Below the pieces are notes generated by a model. It was given only the letters and a program-made list of their open reading frames with translations. It did not search any database and was not told the DNA's origin. The translations under genes were made by a program, and so were the position numbers. Shown here piece by piece: positions 16,689-25,675 of a stretch of DNA of 64,000 nt. The stretch is from an uncultured virus (IMG/VR IMGVR_UViG_3300025141_000033) (taxonomy: Duplodnaviria; Heunggongvirae; Uroviricota; Caudoviricetes), in the IMG/VR virus record IMGVR_UViG_3300025141_000033; one strand, written 5' to 3'. Within the stretch, counting starts at the first letter, position 1. Each line of letters begins with the position of its first letter.

Positions 16689-17576
16689 TCAACGGACTTC
16701 TATTCTTTTTCCGTCTTCTGGTAGGCTGCGATAGAAAATGTCGGTTAATACCTCATACTCTTCGCAGGAGATGGTGTCTTTAACCTCTCCAAGAGCATCG
16801 ATAACAGATGTGAACCTTGCCTTCAAAACAGCTCTCTCGGCTGGGCTGAAGAAAGACTGCCAACACTCTTCCCGGCTAGTGGGTGTCGTGGGCGGGCTTT
16901 CGTAACCGTAGATTGATTGACCAAAATCCAAGACCGACTTCGGGTCTCCCTCCACAACCCAGCTATTGCCATCCAGCATACGAATGGTTGGGTCCTGTGC
17001 GTTGCGATCTTTCTGCTGCTGAACCCGAACAGAGTGTGTTTCGAGAGCACCAGAATGTGCCTTGAGAGCTTCTTCACGAAGCACACCAACCAAGGTCTTA
17101 AGGTTCTCATCAATATTCTTATTTAAGATAAACTTCGCGTGGCGAGTCTCCGGGCTGGGTCGCCCATCGCAGGTGAAGCATGAGCTTAAAGAATGAACGC
17201 TGCCATATTCGGTATACAACTTAGCCTCTGGATCGTATGCTTCAATCTCTTCGCCTCGTCGGGCGCGCTGTTGTTGCTCTTCAATATGAGAAAGAAACTC
17301 CTTGGCAGTCCCATATACGAGATAAGGCTCCCAGTGTCCACGTCCGGGTGCGCTGAAACTTGCGTAGAAGAGGTGGACTCCCCACTGACCCCTTTCAGAA
17401 CCAGAAATTTCAATGTCTCCACGGTCGAGGGATAGGCCGTAAAACGCACGATCCTCATCGCCTGGACGGTGGTGAAGCTGGACTAAACAATTTCCTTCCT
17501 CAACATTGTTCAACTTGTAGAGGTCAAGATATGGACTCTCACCATTGGTCATTGTGACCTTCATATACTTTGTCAT
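16689..17576 (-). CDS. hypothetical protein
   Basis: 295 aa with own promoter (17597-17625) and SD. Confidence 0.75.
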   Translation of the reverse strand: MTKYMKVTMTNGESPYLDLYKLNNVEEGNCLVQLHHRPGDEDRAFYGLSLDRGDIEISGSERGQWGVHLFYASFSAPGRGHWEPYLVYGTAKEFLSHIEEQQQRARRGEEIEAYDPEAKLYTEYGSVHSLSSCFTCDGRPSPETRHAKFILNKNIDENLKTLVGVLREEALKAHSGALETHSVRVQQQKDRNAQDPTIRMLDGNSWVVEGDPKSVLDFGQSIYGYESPPTTPTSREECWQSFFSPAERAVLKARFTSVIDALGEVKDTISCEEYEVLTDIFYRSLPEDGKRIEVR

Positions 17577-17632
17577 TTAATTCTCCTGTGGTTTATATTA
17601 TACCCTGCTCGGCGGGGCTTGTCAATGGATTT

Positions 17633-17920
17633 TTATTCTTTTTCTGTCTCGGTGGGCTCCCAGTTCAGGCGGCGGCCGCGGCTGTCGTTCTCCCAGCTAA
17701 ATGTGCCGTTCTGGGCAAACCACTTGTTGATGCCATCACGCTCGACATCCTTAGCTGCAGCGAACAACTCTTCGGGAGATAGGACGCTGGCGTGACAAAA
17801 CGCTTCGTGGTGGCCATCGCCGTCAAGGTCGTAAAGCTCCACGAGTTCGCAAAGCTCCTCTTCATATTCAGTTCCCTCGTCTTCAACGCTGACGAGAATC
17901 ATACCATACTTCCAAGCCAT
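17633..17920 (-). CDS. hypothetical acidic protein
   Basis: 95 aa; promoter 17943-17971. Confidence 0.7.
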   Translation of the reverse strand: MAWKYGMILVSVEDEGTEYEEELCELVELYDLDGDGHHEAFCHASVLSPEELFAAAKDVERDGINKWFAQNGTFSWENDSRGRRLNWEPTETEKE

Positions 17921-17984
17921 TGGCTATCTCCTATTGTTCTATAATATAACACAGATACTCGCGAGAGTCAAGAGAAAATATTAT

Positions 17985-18233
17985 TTATTCTTCTTGTGCT
18001 CGCGATGCGTTTGCGACATTCTCGATGTTGGTTGCGTTATAGCCAAGCCTCGACATCACCTGTGTCACAACGTCGGCGCGGCGGCCAGAGCGACAGTATA
18101 CCAGCACTTCAGCATCCATAGGGATCCGGCTGATGTTTTCAAGCAGAACATCGTGGGGAATGTTAACCGAGTTGGACAAGCCGTCAACAGCATACTCTTC
18201 TTCACTCCTAACATCTAAAAATACTTTACTCAT
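17985..18233 (-). CDS. single-domain rhodanese (sulfurtransferase)
   Basis: 'LDVRSEEEY...SVNIP...VLVYCRSGRRA'. Confidence 0.88.
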   Translation of the reverse strand: MSKVFLDVRSEEEYAVDGLSNSVNIPHDVLLENISRIPMDAEVLVYCRSGRRADVVTQVMSRLGYNATNIENVANASRAQEE

Positions 18234-19107
18234 TGTCCTGCTTCTCCTTCAATAGTTGTTCAATAAACTCCACATCAACACCCATAGTATCGAACCACCA
18301 CTCGTTGGTCTTGTCCTGATACTTCTTCTTGTCCTTCAGTCTGTTGTATGTTGCGAGGACTTTGTCTTGTCTCTTCTTCTCGGCAAGATAGTGCTCGTTG
18401 CCCCAGTTAGAGCCAAGTTTGTATAGCTCTCGGAGGAGCTTTCGCAGCATATAGCCCTGCTCCTTGTTGCTGGGGTAATATCCCGAGGCGAGGATCTTGG
18501 TGCAAGTGTCTACTAAAATATCTTCTTTTGTTTTCTCGGAGACTTTGTTGACGAAGGCGTTCAGGCGCTCTAAGCCAAAGCCGACATCAATGCAGTCTCC
18601 GAGAGGGTTAACGATGTTTCCGATCTCTACATCATCCTTGTAAAACTCAGTACAGTATCCACCGATGTTTCCATCTGACCATTTGCACTCATCATCTGCT
18701 CGGATCTCCACATCGTAGTTGTCGTATAGGCTCCTCCACTCTTCCATCTTATCGGGATGAATAGTGATGTAGTCGACCTTGATGTCCAAAACTTCTTCAA
18801 GGAATTCCATCCAAAAGTCAACAGCGTCTTGTAGGGGCATCGTCCTAAATGAGAACAGACCGATCATATCAAAATAAAGGTAGTGGGTGCCGTCACCGAT
18901 CTCCTCAATGTCCTTCAAGCGGATGCAGGATTGAATGTTGGCGATAGTACCCGTTTCATGTGGGTTGTTGTATCTGTGTCGGAACTGCTGCATTCCCGCA
19001 GGACAAAACAGAGTGCTGTCGTCGTATGGTCTCACCTTGTCGTCCAGTTGAAATGGGATGCCTTTGTTCTCGCAAAAGTCTCTGTATAGTTTGGTAATGT
19101 CTTTCAT
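18226..19107 (-). CDS. alaS: truncated alanyl-tRNA synthetase (aminoacylation domain only)
   Basis: DDSTLFCPAGMQQF, QSCIR..D, HYLYFDMIGLFSF, EIGNIV, IDVGFGLERL, PSNKEQGYMLRKLLR; 293 aa, no editing or C-Ala domain. Confidence 0.88.
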   Translation of the reverse strand: MKDITKLYRDFCENKGIPFQLDDKVRPYDDSTLFCPAGMQQFRHRYNNPHETGTIANIQSCIRLKDIEEIGDGTHYLYFDMIGLFSFRTMPLQDAVDFWMEFLEEVLDIKVDYITIHPDKMEEWRSLYDNYDVEIRADDECKWSDGNIGGYCTEFYKDDVEIGNIVNPLGDCIDVGFGLERLNAFVNKVSEKTKEDILVDTCTKILASGYYPSNKEQGYMLRKLLRELYKLGSNWGNEHYLAEKKRQDKVLATYNRLKDKKKYQDKTNEWWFDTMGVDVEFIEQLLKEKQDNE

Positions 19108-19349
19108 GTTTGCTTCCCCTTCTCTTCAGAATCGCTTAATACCTCTAGATAGGTTGCACCCATCGGAAGTATTGTTTTCTCGTTGTCTCCATTAAATATC
19201 ACAGCGCACAGTCCGTGCCTCTCGTCAATTTCCACAACAATCCCGCACTTATCCATCTTATCTCCAAAATTGATAAGGCGCTGGCGCTCTTCGTCGCAGG
19301 CGAACTGGCGGCGGACTAAGTCACCGACATTCATAATCGAATCTCTCAC
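19104..19349 (-). CDS. small SH3/KOW-like protein
   Basis: MNVGDLVRR...CGIVVE...YLEVLS. Confidence 0.75.
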   Translation of the reverse strand: MRDSIMNVGDLVRRQFACDEERQRLINFGDKMDKCGIVVEIDERHGLCAVIFNGDNEKTILPMGATYLEVLSDSEEKGKQT

Positions 19350-19584
19350 ACCAGAAGCTGTGAACTCTCGTTTGGGAGCCCTTTGTAGCTACATCATAAA
19401 ATATGCCGGCCGGCGTCTCTGTGACACCAATAACCAACGCCACATCGCCGAACTCAAGGATGCCGTCTGACCCATCGAACTTGGCGCCGAAAGTGTTGGC
19501 AGCGAGATCATAGCGTGGATCAATGATCTTAACAAGCGAGCCGACGCTCAAAATGGGTGGGGAGGTGGTTGTTAAATCTCCCAT
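19321..19584 (-). CDS. small SH3/KOW-like protein
   Basis: LSVGSLVKI...VALVIG...YDV. Confidence 0.65.
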   Translation of the reverse strand: MGDLTTTSPPILSVGSLVKIIDPRYDLAANTFGAKFDGSDGILEFGDVALVIGVTETPAGIFYDVATKGSQTRVHSFWCERFDYECR

Positions 19585-19877
19585 TCCACTATCCTTCCAA
19601 TGTTGTGAACAGTCCCATCGTCGCGAACGTCAACCCATTCTTCTATGGAGTCCTCCCAAAGAATCTTCATTCTCTCCTTCGGAACAAGCTCCACAACGAT
19701 TCCATCGAGCTTTTTATCCCTGCTATACACACGGCTACCGATGAAGAAGTGAAGAAGGTAATTAACGTTTCGAGCGATGGTCACTTTTCTGATGTCTCGT
19801 TGTAGACTGGGTGATCTCCGCGAACAATAGCGAGAAGTTCGTAGCCATCTCGAACATGCTTTCGGATCTCTCTCCAC
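19572..19877 (-). CDS. small SH3-like protein (true start uncertain, likely shorter)
   Basis: 'FIGSRVYS...GIVVE...KILWED'. Confidence 0.5.
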   Translation of the reverse strand: MERDPKACSRWLRTSRYCSRRSPSLQRDIRKVTIARNVNYLLHFFIGSRVYSRDKKLDGIVVELVPKERMKILWEDSIEEWVDVRDDGTVHNIGRIVEWEI

Positions 19878-19966
19878 GCTTCCTTGTTATCGTGTGGAGC
19901 ATTCATTCGCAGCGGGGCAACCTGTCCATCTTCACTGTTGATTGTGATGGCTGTATAAAACATCAT
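19781..19966 (-). CDS. hypothetical protein
   Basis: 61 aa, coupled to upstream stop. Confidence 0.55.
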   Translation of the reverse strand: MMFYTAITINSEDGQVAPLRMNAPHDNKEAWREIRKHVRDGYELLAIVRGDHPVYNETSEK

Positions 19967-20190
19967 TCATTTTCCTCTTTTGTTGCTTTTTCTATCCACA
20001 TTTCGTGAAAATAAAGTTCGGTTCCATTCAAAAAACGAATATTCCAAACATCATCATTGTATTTTTTGTCGGTTAAGCGCTCTAAGATGATTCCCATTCT
20101 AATCTCTGGCATGCTGGTGTCGTGGATACCGGCTTTGATACGTACAAGATCGCCAACTTTAAGCGGAGGTGGTGCGGACTTCTTAGTCAC
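19963..20190 (-). CDS. small SH3/KOW-like protein
   Basis: LKVGDLVRI...MGIILE...WNIRFLNG...WIEK. Confidence 0.78.
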   Translation of the reverse strand: MTKKSAPPPLKVGDLVRIKAGIHDTSMPEIRMGIILERLTDKKYNDDVWNIRFLNGTELYFHEMWIEKATKEENE

Positions 20191-20198
20191 TTTCTCGC

Positions 20199-20435
20199 CT
20201 ATAACACGAGATGTCTGACTTGAACAGGATGCAAGATCGCAGAGTCAACAAACCAACCTGTCACAACGCCGTGTGGGCGCGCCCTGCCACGGGAGAAAAA
20301 TATTAGATACTCCGTGAATAGGCAAACACTTTCAGAACCAGCAGCGCGCCTGTCAAGCACCACCCCGAGGGGTCCAGAACTACCGAAGCGAGCCAAGTCA
20401 CCGATCTCAAATTTCATGATGGGGGTTCTCCACAT
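20199..20435 (-). CDS. small SH3/KOW-like protein
   Basis: MKFEIGDLARF...LGVVLD...W. Confidence 0.7.
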   Translation of the reverse strand: MWRTPIMKFEIGDLARFGSSGPLGVVLDRRAAGSESVCLFTEYLIFFSRGRARPHGVVTGWFVDSAILHPVQVRHLVL

Positions 20436-20635
20436 CTAAGTACAGCACTGTCATCGGAATATTCGATGTAAAACATATCACCCTCAACAATATAGCAGGG
20501 GAACGTAGTTAGTGGTACGATTCTATCGGTAACGCGATACTCTACATCGATCAACTCAACTCTTACGCTGTCGTTGTCGATACTATCGACCGTTCCCATC
20601 AAAAATACTCCGATTAGCGTCTTCATTCTGTGCAA
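20414..20635 (-). CDS. hypothetical protein (DUF3006-like)
   Basis: 'VDSID..VRVEL....P...P....EGD'. Confidence 0.55.
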   Translation of the reverse strand: MHRMKTLIGVFLMGTVDSIDNDSVRVELIDVEYRVTDRIVPLTTFPCYIVEGDMFYIEYSDDSAVLRCGEPPS

Positions 20636-20814
20636 TCCCTGTTTACAACGGTGATGGTGATTCTGCTATTGTTCTTGATAAAAATGATTTTTAGATTCTT
20701 CAGCATATACGTCATCTTCCATAGGTCGCATTTCTTCCTAAAATGAGGAAGTGCTTCTAATAAAGTTCCATCAAAGAACGTTGTACAAGAGGAGTGGTCA
20801 GTTAGAAGAAGCAT
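20623..20814 (-). CDS. hypothetical protein
   Basis: 63 aa directly behind promoter 20829-20857. Confidence 0.4.
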   Translation of the reverse strand: MLLLTDHSSCTTFFDGTLLEALPHFRKKCDLWKMTYMLKNLKIIFIKNNSRITITVVNRDCTE

Positions 20815-20873
20815 TTTTATCTTCCATTATTATACAATCTTTTATTTAATTTGTCAAAGGTTTTTTAAAAAAA

Positions 20874-20948
20874 TGGTGGGCAGAGTCAGGATTGAACTGA
20901 CGACTTTCGCTGAGTCAAAGCGACACTCTCCCACTGAGTTATCCGCCC
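20874..20948 (-). tRNA. tRNA-Val(GAC)
   Basis: GGGCGGA/TCTGCCC acceptor, TCGCT-TTGACTC-AGCGA anticodon arm, ACCA end. Confidence 0.88.
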
Positions 20949-20958
20949 ATAAGTTGCT

Positions 20959-21261
20959 TTAGCCCTCTTCTGATAGAGGCTGCGTGCGAGATTCTTGGAG
21001 AGACTTTTGCAACTCTGCATCCTCCCTGGCTTCTTTCATAAAGATCATAATCTCCTGTAAAAATACATTGAGTTCACGAGTCTCTGTTAGGAGGCTGTGG
21101 TCCAGATGCCTGTCGGGTTCATATAGACGCCCATCGATTTGGCGCTCTGTTTCATAGTCCATAAACGACTCCATCACATAGAGAGCGCCACCAGCGAAGC
21201 CTGCGCCAAGTGTAGCCAACCATCCAGCCGTCATTGCAATTGCATATAAAGAATTATTCAT
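20959..21261 (-). CDS. membrane-anchored hypothetical protein
   Basis: N-terminal TM segment. Confidence 0.65.
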   Translation of the reverse strand: MNNSLYAIAMTAGWLATLGAGFAGGALYVMESFMDYETERQIDGRLYEPDRHLDHSLLTETRELNVFLQEIMIFMKEAREDAELQKSLQESRTQPLSEEG

Positions 21262-21559
21262 TTTCTTCCTCTTTTTCTTTGTTTTTCGCTTTTACTTTAT
21301 CGTAAAAAAGAATGTTCTCTTCGATTTGTCTCAAAACACTGAGATTGTTGTTGACTCTCCAGACGCCTTCGGCGATCTCAAGAATCTGGTCGTTACAACT
21401 ATAATTCGCCTCCAGCGCCTGAAGGTTGATTTTATCTTGGAGTTCTTTTACCAGGGTAGACATACGATTGAGTTTTACTTTGAGCTTCTTGATTTCTGCA
21501 ATCTTGGACTCAAAGATGAAAGTCTCAATCTTTTCCAATGGTGTTTTGTCGTCTGGCAT
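21254..21559 (-). CDS. coiled-coil hypothetical protein
   Basis: 101 aa; promoter 21586-21614. Confidence 0.65.
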   Translation of the reverse strand: MPDDKTPLEKIETFIFESKIAEIKKLKVKLNRMSTLVKELQDKINLQALEANYSCNDQILEIAEGVWRVNNNLSVLRQIEENILFYDKVKAKNKEKEEENE

Positions 21560-21627
21560 GTTTTACCCGTTCGAAGATTTAATATAGTGTATCATTGTTC
21601 CCCAGAGATGTCAAGGGATATTTTAAA

Positions 21628-21903
21628 TTATTGTGCATCTTTGGCGTGCCTCTCATGAATTTCGTGCATAAGAAAGTAACGCTCCTTGCCATCAGTACAA
21701 ATAACTCGGTAGTATAAAGCTTTTGGCCAAGGAAATGAATATGTGTGAACGTGTGTTATGACACCGTAGTAGTATGTTCTTTCATCATCTGGAAAGAGGT
21801 AGTAGTCGGACATATCATAATAGCACTTTACGAAATCCCCGACAGAATAGGGACTTCTAGCTATTAGCTCCTTTATTACCTCTTCTTCGTCGTAGAACTC
21901 CAT
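21628..21903 (-). CDS. small SH3/KOW-like protein
   Basis: YSVGDFVKC...YGVIT...YRVICTDG. Confidence 0.75.
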   Translation of the reverse strand: MEFYDEEEVIKELIARSPYSVGDFVKCYYDMSDYYLFPDDERTYYYGVITHVHTYSFPWPKALYYRVICTDGKERYFLMHEIHERHAKDAQ

Positions 21904-21906
21904 GTA

Positions 21907-22209
21907 CTATATATCATCGTGGCGTTCTCTTAGTATCACTGCCCCAATATAATCTTTGGGGCACAGAATGAATACACAGCGCCACCCCATCCACTTAGGG
22001 ATGTAGTCATAGATGGGGAAATCGGGTAACTGTTCTTCGATAAGAATAGAAGTGTCCTCCACCTCCAAGTATACATCCATAGTCGAGCCTCCACTGTCGG
22101 ATGCGAACATTACGTGCATTCTTCCATCAAAGTGCTCAATAACCGATTCGCGAATTGCTCGGTCGGCCTCCTTCTTCGACGCCTTTTCCCCTGAACCAAA
22201 CTTAGCCAT
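21907..22209 (-). CDS. hypothetical protein
   Basis: 100 aa with SD GGAGG. Confidence 0.7.
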   Translation of the reverse strand: MAKFGSGEKASKKEADRAIRESVIEHFDGRMHVMFASDSGGSTMDVYLEVEDTSILIEEQLPDFPIYDYIPKWMGWRCVFILCPKDYIGAVILRERHDDI

Positions 22210-22456
22210 CTGCTCTACCTCCCATGGTATTATTTAAAATCTCAGCCCGATCGTCATAAAGATGAACAAAATGCCAAACATATTCACTCTTTGAGTAGCA
22301 ATGAACCAGCGCCATGCAAGAATCACGCTCAGAAATCTCCAGCACTATTCCGTAATTATACTCTGGATCCAGTCCTCGTTCAACCCCAGTTGGTGAAGCC
22401 TCGTAAATAGCGTATGCTATTGGCCACCTTATGAGTTGTCCGATCTCGTATTCCAC
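22202..22456 (-). CDS. small SH3/KOW-like protein
   Basis: GTG start; YEIGQLIRW...YGIVLE...LVHC. Confidence 0.65.
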   Translation of the reverse strand: MEYEIGQLIRWPIAYAIYEASPTGVERGLDPEYNYGIVLEISERDSCMALVHCYSKSEYVWHFVHLYDDRAEILNNTMGGRADG

Positions 22457-22464
22457 ATATTTAA

Positions 22465-22710
22465 CTATACAGTTAATAAGTGTATAGCAAGTTCTTGATA
22501 TCCTCCGACAAAACTTCCGCGACTTATTTCCTCGTCTCTTGCCACAATGATAGGATATGTGTTCCAACTATAGTACTTCTTGATGGCTTCTCGGAAAGCT
22601 GGCGAGTAGCTCATCTCAATAAAGACGTGCTCTCTGTCTTTCTCCATCAAATCTGCTTGTGCGCGAATACACCACGGGCAATCAGCCACTCCATAAATAA
22701 TATATACCAC
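22465..22710 (-). CDS. glutaredoxin
   Basis: CPWC, TYPII, FVGGYQEL. Confidence 0.9.
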   Translation of the reverse strand: MVYIIYGVADCPWCIRAQADLMEKDREHVFIEMSYSPAFREAIKKYYSWNTYPIIVARDEEISRGSFVGGYQELAIHLLTV

Positions 22711-22713
22711 AAC

Positions 22714-22977
22714 CTATTCCTTGAGTTTTGTTTTTGTGATCTCCGCAATGTGCGGAGGACTGCGGTATTTGATAGTGATATCAAATTTACCTTTAAAGGT
22801 GTTTCGCAGTGCTGTTAGTGAAGTTGGCGCAGGTCCGTGGCCAGCGTCCATATACACAGGGCGGCCGCCACGGTTGCATAGTTTGATGGCGTCACGGTGG
22901 ATAGCCTTTAAGGATGAGTACGCTCCGTAGAACACCCCATCGCCATCAAATAAGCAATAGATATAAATATTTGTCAT
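22714..22977 (-). CDS. hypothetical protein
   Basis: 87 aa, coupled. Confidence 0.65.
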   Translation of the reverse strand: MTNIYIYCLFDGDGVFYGAYSSLKAIHRDAIKLCNRGGRPVYMDAGHGPAPTSLTALRNTFKGKFDITIKYRSPPHIAEITKTKLKE

Positions 22978-23225
22978 CGCTTACTCTTGCAGCCTGAGCA
23001 GCCGCCTCTGCCCATCTTGGTTTTCGCATTAACTTTAATCTTCTTAAAAGCTGAAATCTTGTCTTCCACGAGGCGGCCGTCGATGAGCACTCTAACCTTA
23101 TCTGCATCCCTGTTAAAAGAGCCGCAGAGGGCGATCTGGTTCTTGGGAGAGTAAAGAATATATTCGCCGGGGTATACCACATCAGCGTCCTCAATCTCAT
23201 TAAATTCCATCAAGCACCTCGTCAA
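22974..23225 (-). CDS. hypothetical small beta protein with C-terminal CxxC
   Basis: 'VYPGEYIL...VRVLIDG...GCSGCK'. Confidence 0.6.
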   Translation of the reverse strand: MTRCLMEFNEIEDADVVYPGEYILYSPKNQIALCGSFNRDADKVRVLIDGRLVEDKISAFKKIKVNAKTKMGRGGCSGCKSKR

Positions 23226-24141
23226 TGGACATCATCTTATCATATGCATCATATCGCATCTTGGTAAGTTTGTCAAGTGCTTTCTCTCGACGGAGGATCT
23301 TAAATGCAATATTTTCCGGAGAGAACTCTCGTTCTGGGCTGTCAAGCCCCGCTTTCCTCATATTGCGTATTTTCAACTTAACTCTTTCGATATTCCTGAG
23401 TCCCTCGGCGGTCTTTCCATTTTCGATCAGGGCGGCAATCATACCTATTTGTTTCTTGATATCTTCGCTCTTCTTGTCTGCGGTGTTAAAGTCTATCTGC
23501 TGCTCTTCTCTCGATGGCTTGGTGATCCATTCCTCATCCGTAAGCGAATAAACACCAGAAGATATGTGGTCTTCGTTGATATTTTCAACGTAAATTTCAA
23601 CCTCAAATCCGTGGATGTGAATATCGTGCTTGTCGTTCCATCGCATACGAATGGCGTCAAAGTACGACTTCACTAGTTCTTCGTTGTCATCAAGTTCGGA
23701 AAAGTCAATGACGACGTGAAGGTCCACGTCAGAGTATTTTGACCAGTTGTAATTGGCTAAGGAGCCTGTCAGTTTAATATCCTGAACCTCGGCTGTGATT
23801 GGGAGTTCTTCCATAAAGTCGTCAATTATTTGGAGGAGTTTTTCAGACACCTCAGCATTCATAGTCTCTTCATCGTCCCAGATATCAGACTGCAGTTCTC
23901 TATTGACGGAAAAGCTGCTTGGCTCGATATCTGTTGCCTCTTCCATGGAGCCACCGAAACCAGGGGGAGCACTCTTAGAACGTGTGCGCTTTGGTTTCTT
24001 GGTGTATGGAGCAGTGTTCTCTTGCCCGCCCTTGCTGATGTAATCGTCTCGATCTGAGAGATATCGGTCAATATCAATATTATTGATAGTCTTTCGCTTC
24101 TCGTTCCTTGCAAGAAACTCGTTCCACTTTCGATTGTCCAT
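23200..24141 (-). CDS. Pol-beta-superfamily nucleotidyltransferase-domain protein
   Basis: 'LTGSLANYNWSKYSDVDLH' (GS...DxD), 'VEIYV', 'EFSPENIAFKILRR'. Confidence 0.8.
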   Translation of the reverse strand: MDNRKWNEFLARNEKRKTINNIDIDRYLSDRDDYISKGGQENTAPYTKKPKRTRSKSAPPGFGGSMEEATDIEPSSFSVNRELQSDIWDDEETMNAEVSEKLLQIIDDFMEELPITAEVQDIKLTGSLANYNWSKYSDVDLHVVIDFSELDDNEELVKSYFDAIRMRWNDKHDIHIHGFEVEIYVENINEDHISSGVYSLTDEEWITKPSREEQQIDFNTADKKSEDIKKQIGMIAALIENGKTAEGLRNIERVKLKIRNMRKAGLDSPEREFSPENIAFKILRREKALDKLTKMRYDAYDKMMSIDEVLDGI

Positions 24142-24188
24142 AGTTTAGCTTCCTATCGTAGATAAATAGTTGGTTTACTTTTAAGCCG

Positions 24189-24596
24189 TTATTCTTTTTC
24201 TTTCGGCATAACCACCGACTTTGTGCCGTCAGTGTTATAGAAATGCTGCTCGCCATCCTCGAAAGTGATGATGGTGTTGTTGGTTGGATGGCTCTCAACA
24301 TGAGTCTCCAAGAAGTCTCTCATAGAATCAAAAATGGAGATAGAACCCTTCGGGCTTGGCAAAAGCCAATTTGCCACACACCAACCGGAAGCTAAAACAA
24401 CACCCTGAACCACAACCCCGACACCCGAGACACCAGTTTCGTCAGACTGACGACACACTGTAAAGGCTCTAATTCCTATGGGGGCTTTGTTCTGTGGGGG
24501 CTTTGGCTTAAGATCTTCGGGCTCGGTATTAAGCTCTTCGATCTCTACTTCTTCTGTTTCCACTGCCTTCTCTTCAACGTTCTCATTATGATACAT
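24189..24596 (-). CDS. conserved phage hypothetical protein
   Basis: 'RQSDETGVSGVGVVVQGV...G.C...W...S' motif. Confidence 0.75.
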   Translation of the reverse strand: MYHNENVEEKAVETEEVEIEELNTEPEDLKPKPPQNKAPIGIRAFTVCRQSDETGVSGVGVVVQGVVLASGWCVANWLLPSPKGSISIFDSMRDFLETHVESHPTNNTIITFEDGEQHFYNTDGTKSVVMPKEKE

Positions 24597-24844
24597 TAAG
24601 CCTCCCCTTTCGGTTCTATTTCAAATAATGATTCTATGCAAATATCGTGGATCGCTTCAAGTGCAGCCACATCTGCTTCTATTTCGTCAAGACATTCTTC
24701 TTCCGCATCAGCAGGTTCTCGCATTTGATGTATGCGCTCTTTCAGTTCGCGGATGCCGTCTTTTATCTGGGTTATCTTTGTTTCCATTTTCTCAAATCTC
24801 TCTGTGATCTCATTATAACACATAGTATTTTCTTTTTTAGCCAT
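24596..24844 (-). CDS. coiled-coil hypothetical protein
   Basis: 82 aa with SD. Confidence 0.65.
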   Translation of the reverse strand: MAKKENTMCYNEITERFEKMETKITQIKDGIRELKERIHQMREPADAEEECLDEIEADVAALEAIHDICIESLFEIEPKGEA

Positions 24845-24865
24845 TTTTTCGGTACCTCCTTAAGA

Positions 24866-25624
24866 TTATTTTAGAACCTGACTCCAGTCAATCTTAAATG
24901 CCGGGATGACTATAATTATGTCCTCCATGACATTTGGACCATATTGGGAGCTTCCAACATCTATAGCCATCACGTACCCTATATACTTCCCTGTACCTGC
25001 GTTGAACACGCCGGAGCCCGATGACCCAGACCAAGCATAGGAGTGGACATAGGCGTAGTCTCCTTTGTTATATCCAACCACCTTTCCGGGAAAAGTGAGT
25101 GGTCCGTGACCGTTTGGGAAACCTGTATAGTAGGTGCTGGTGAGGGTTGAAAATTGTTCAATCCAATTGTAGTTTAGGGGGAGGTCTTCTGGGACTCTCA
25201 TGGGAATAAGTTCTGGAATCTCCTCTGTCTCGAAAATCGCATAATCCACAAACGGACTAAGCACGGAATATTCAATACAATCAACGAAACCTTCATCTGT
25301 GAATATCTTGGTACTCTCGCAAGGTCCACGCAGCCCGTGATAAACTGTCACTACATAGTACCTTCCTTTCGCTGTGAAGTATGTCCCAGTGAACGAGGAT
25401 ATATTAGTTTTATCCATTGACATGGACAGGATACGGACAGCACTTCCTTTTGTCTTACGAACGATTCTTTGATGAAACGGACTGAGTTCTTTGCTAATAT
25501 TTTCTACCGCTCGTATCTCAGAAACCTCTGGTAGTTTGTTGATCTCCTTGATCCTGTACGTTGCGTACCCTGCGGCAAAACACATCAAGATGGCAATCCA
25601 TAATATTTTTACTACTCTTAGCAT
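24866..25624 (-). CDS. membrane-anchored trypsin-like serine protease
   Basis: N-terminal TM; 'GTYF...VTVYH', 'DYAI', 'GFP', 'GSSGSGVFN'. Confidence 0.8.
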   Translation of the reverse strand: MLRVVKILWIAILMCFAAGYATYRIKEINKLPEVSEIRAVENISKELSPFHQRIVRKTKGSAVRILSMSMDKTNISSFTGTYFTAKGRYYVVTVYHGLRGPCESTKIFTDEGFVDCIEYSVLSPFVDYAIFETEEIPELIPMRVPEDLPLNYNWIEQFSTLTSTYYTGFPNGHGPLTFPGKVVGYNKGDYAYVHSYAWSGSSGSGVFNAGTGKYIGYVMAIDVGSSQYGPNVMEDIIIVIPAFKIDWSQVLK

Positions 25625-25675
25625 TATATAAGAAGCTTTTTACCTTCGTCTCTTGGTAAATAGAACTCTTAAAAG

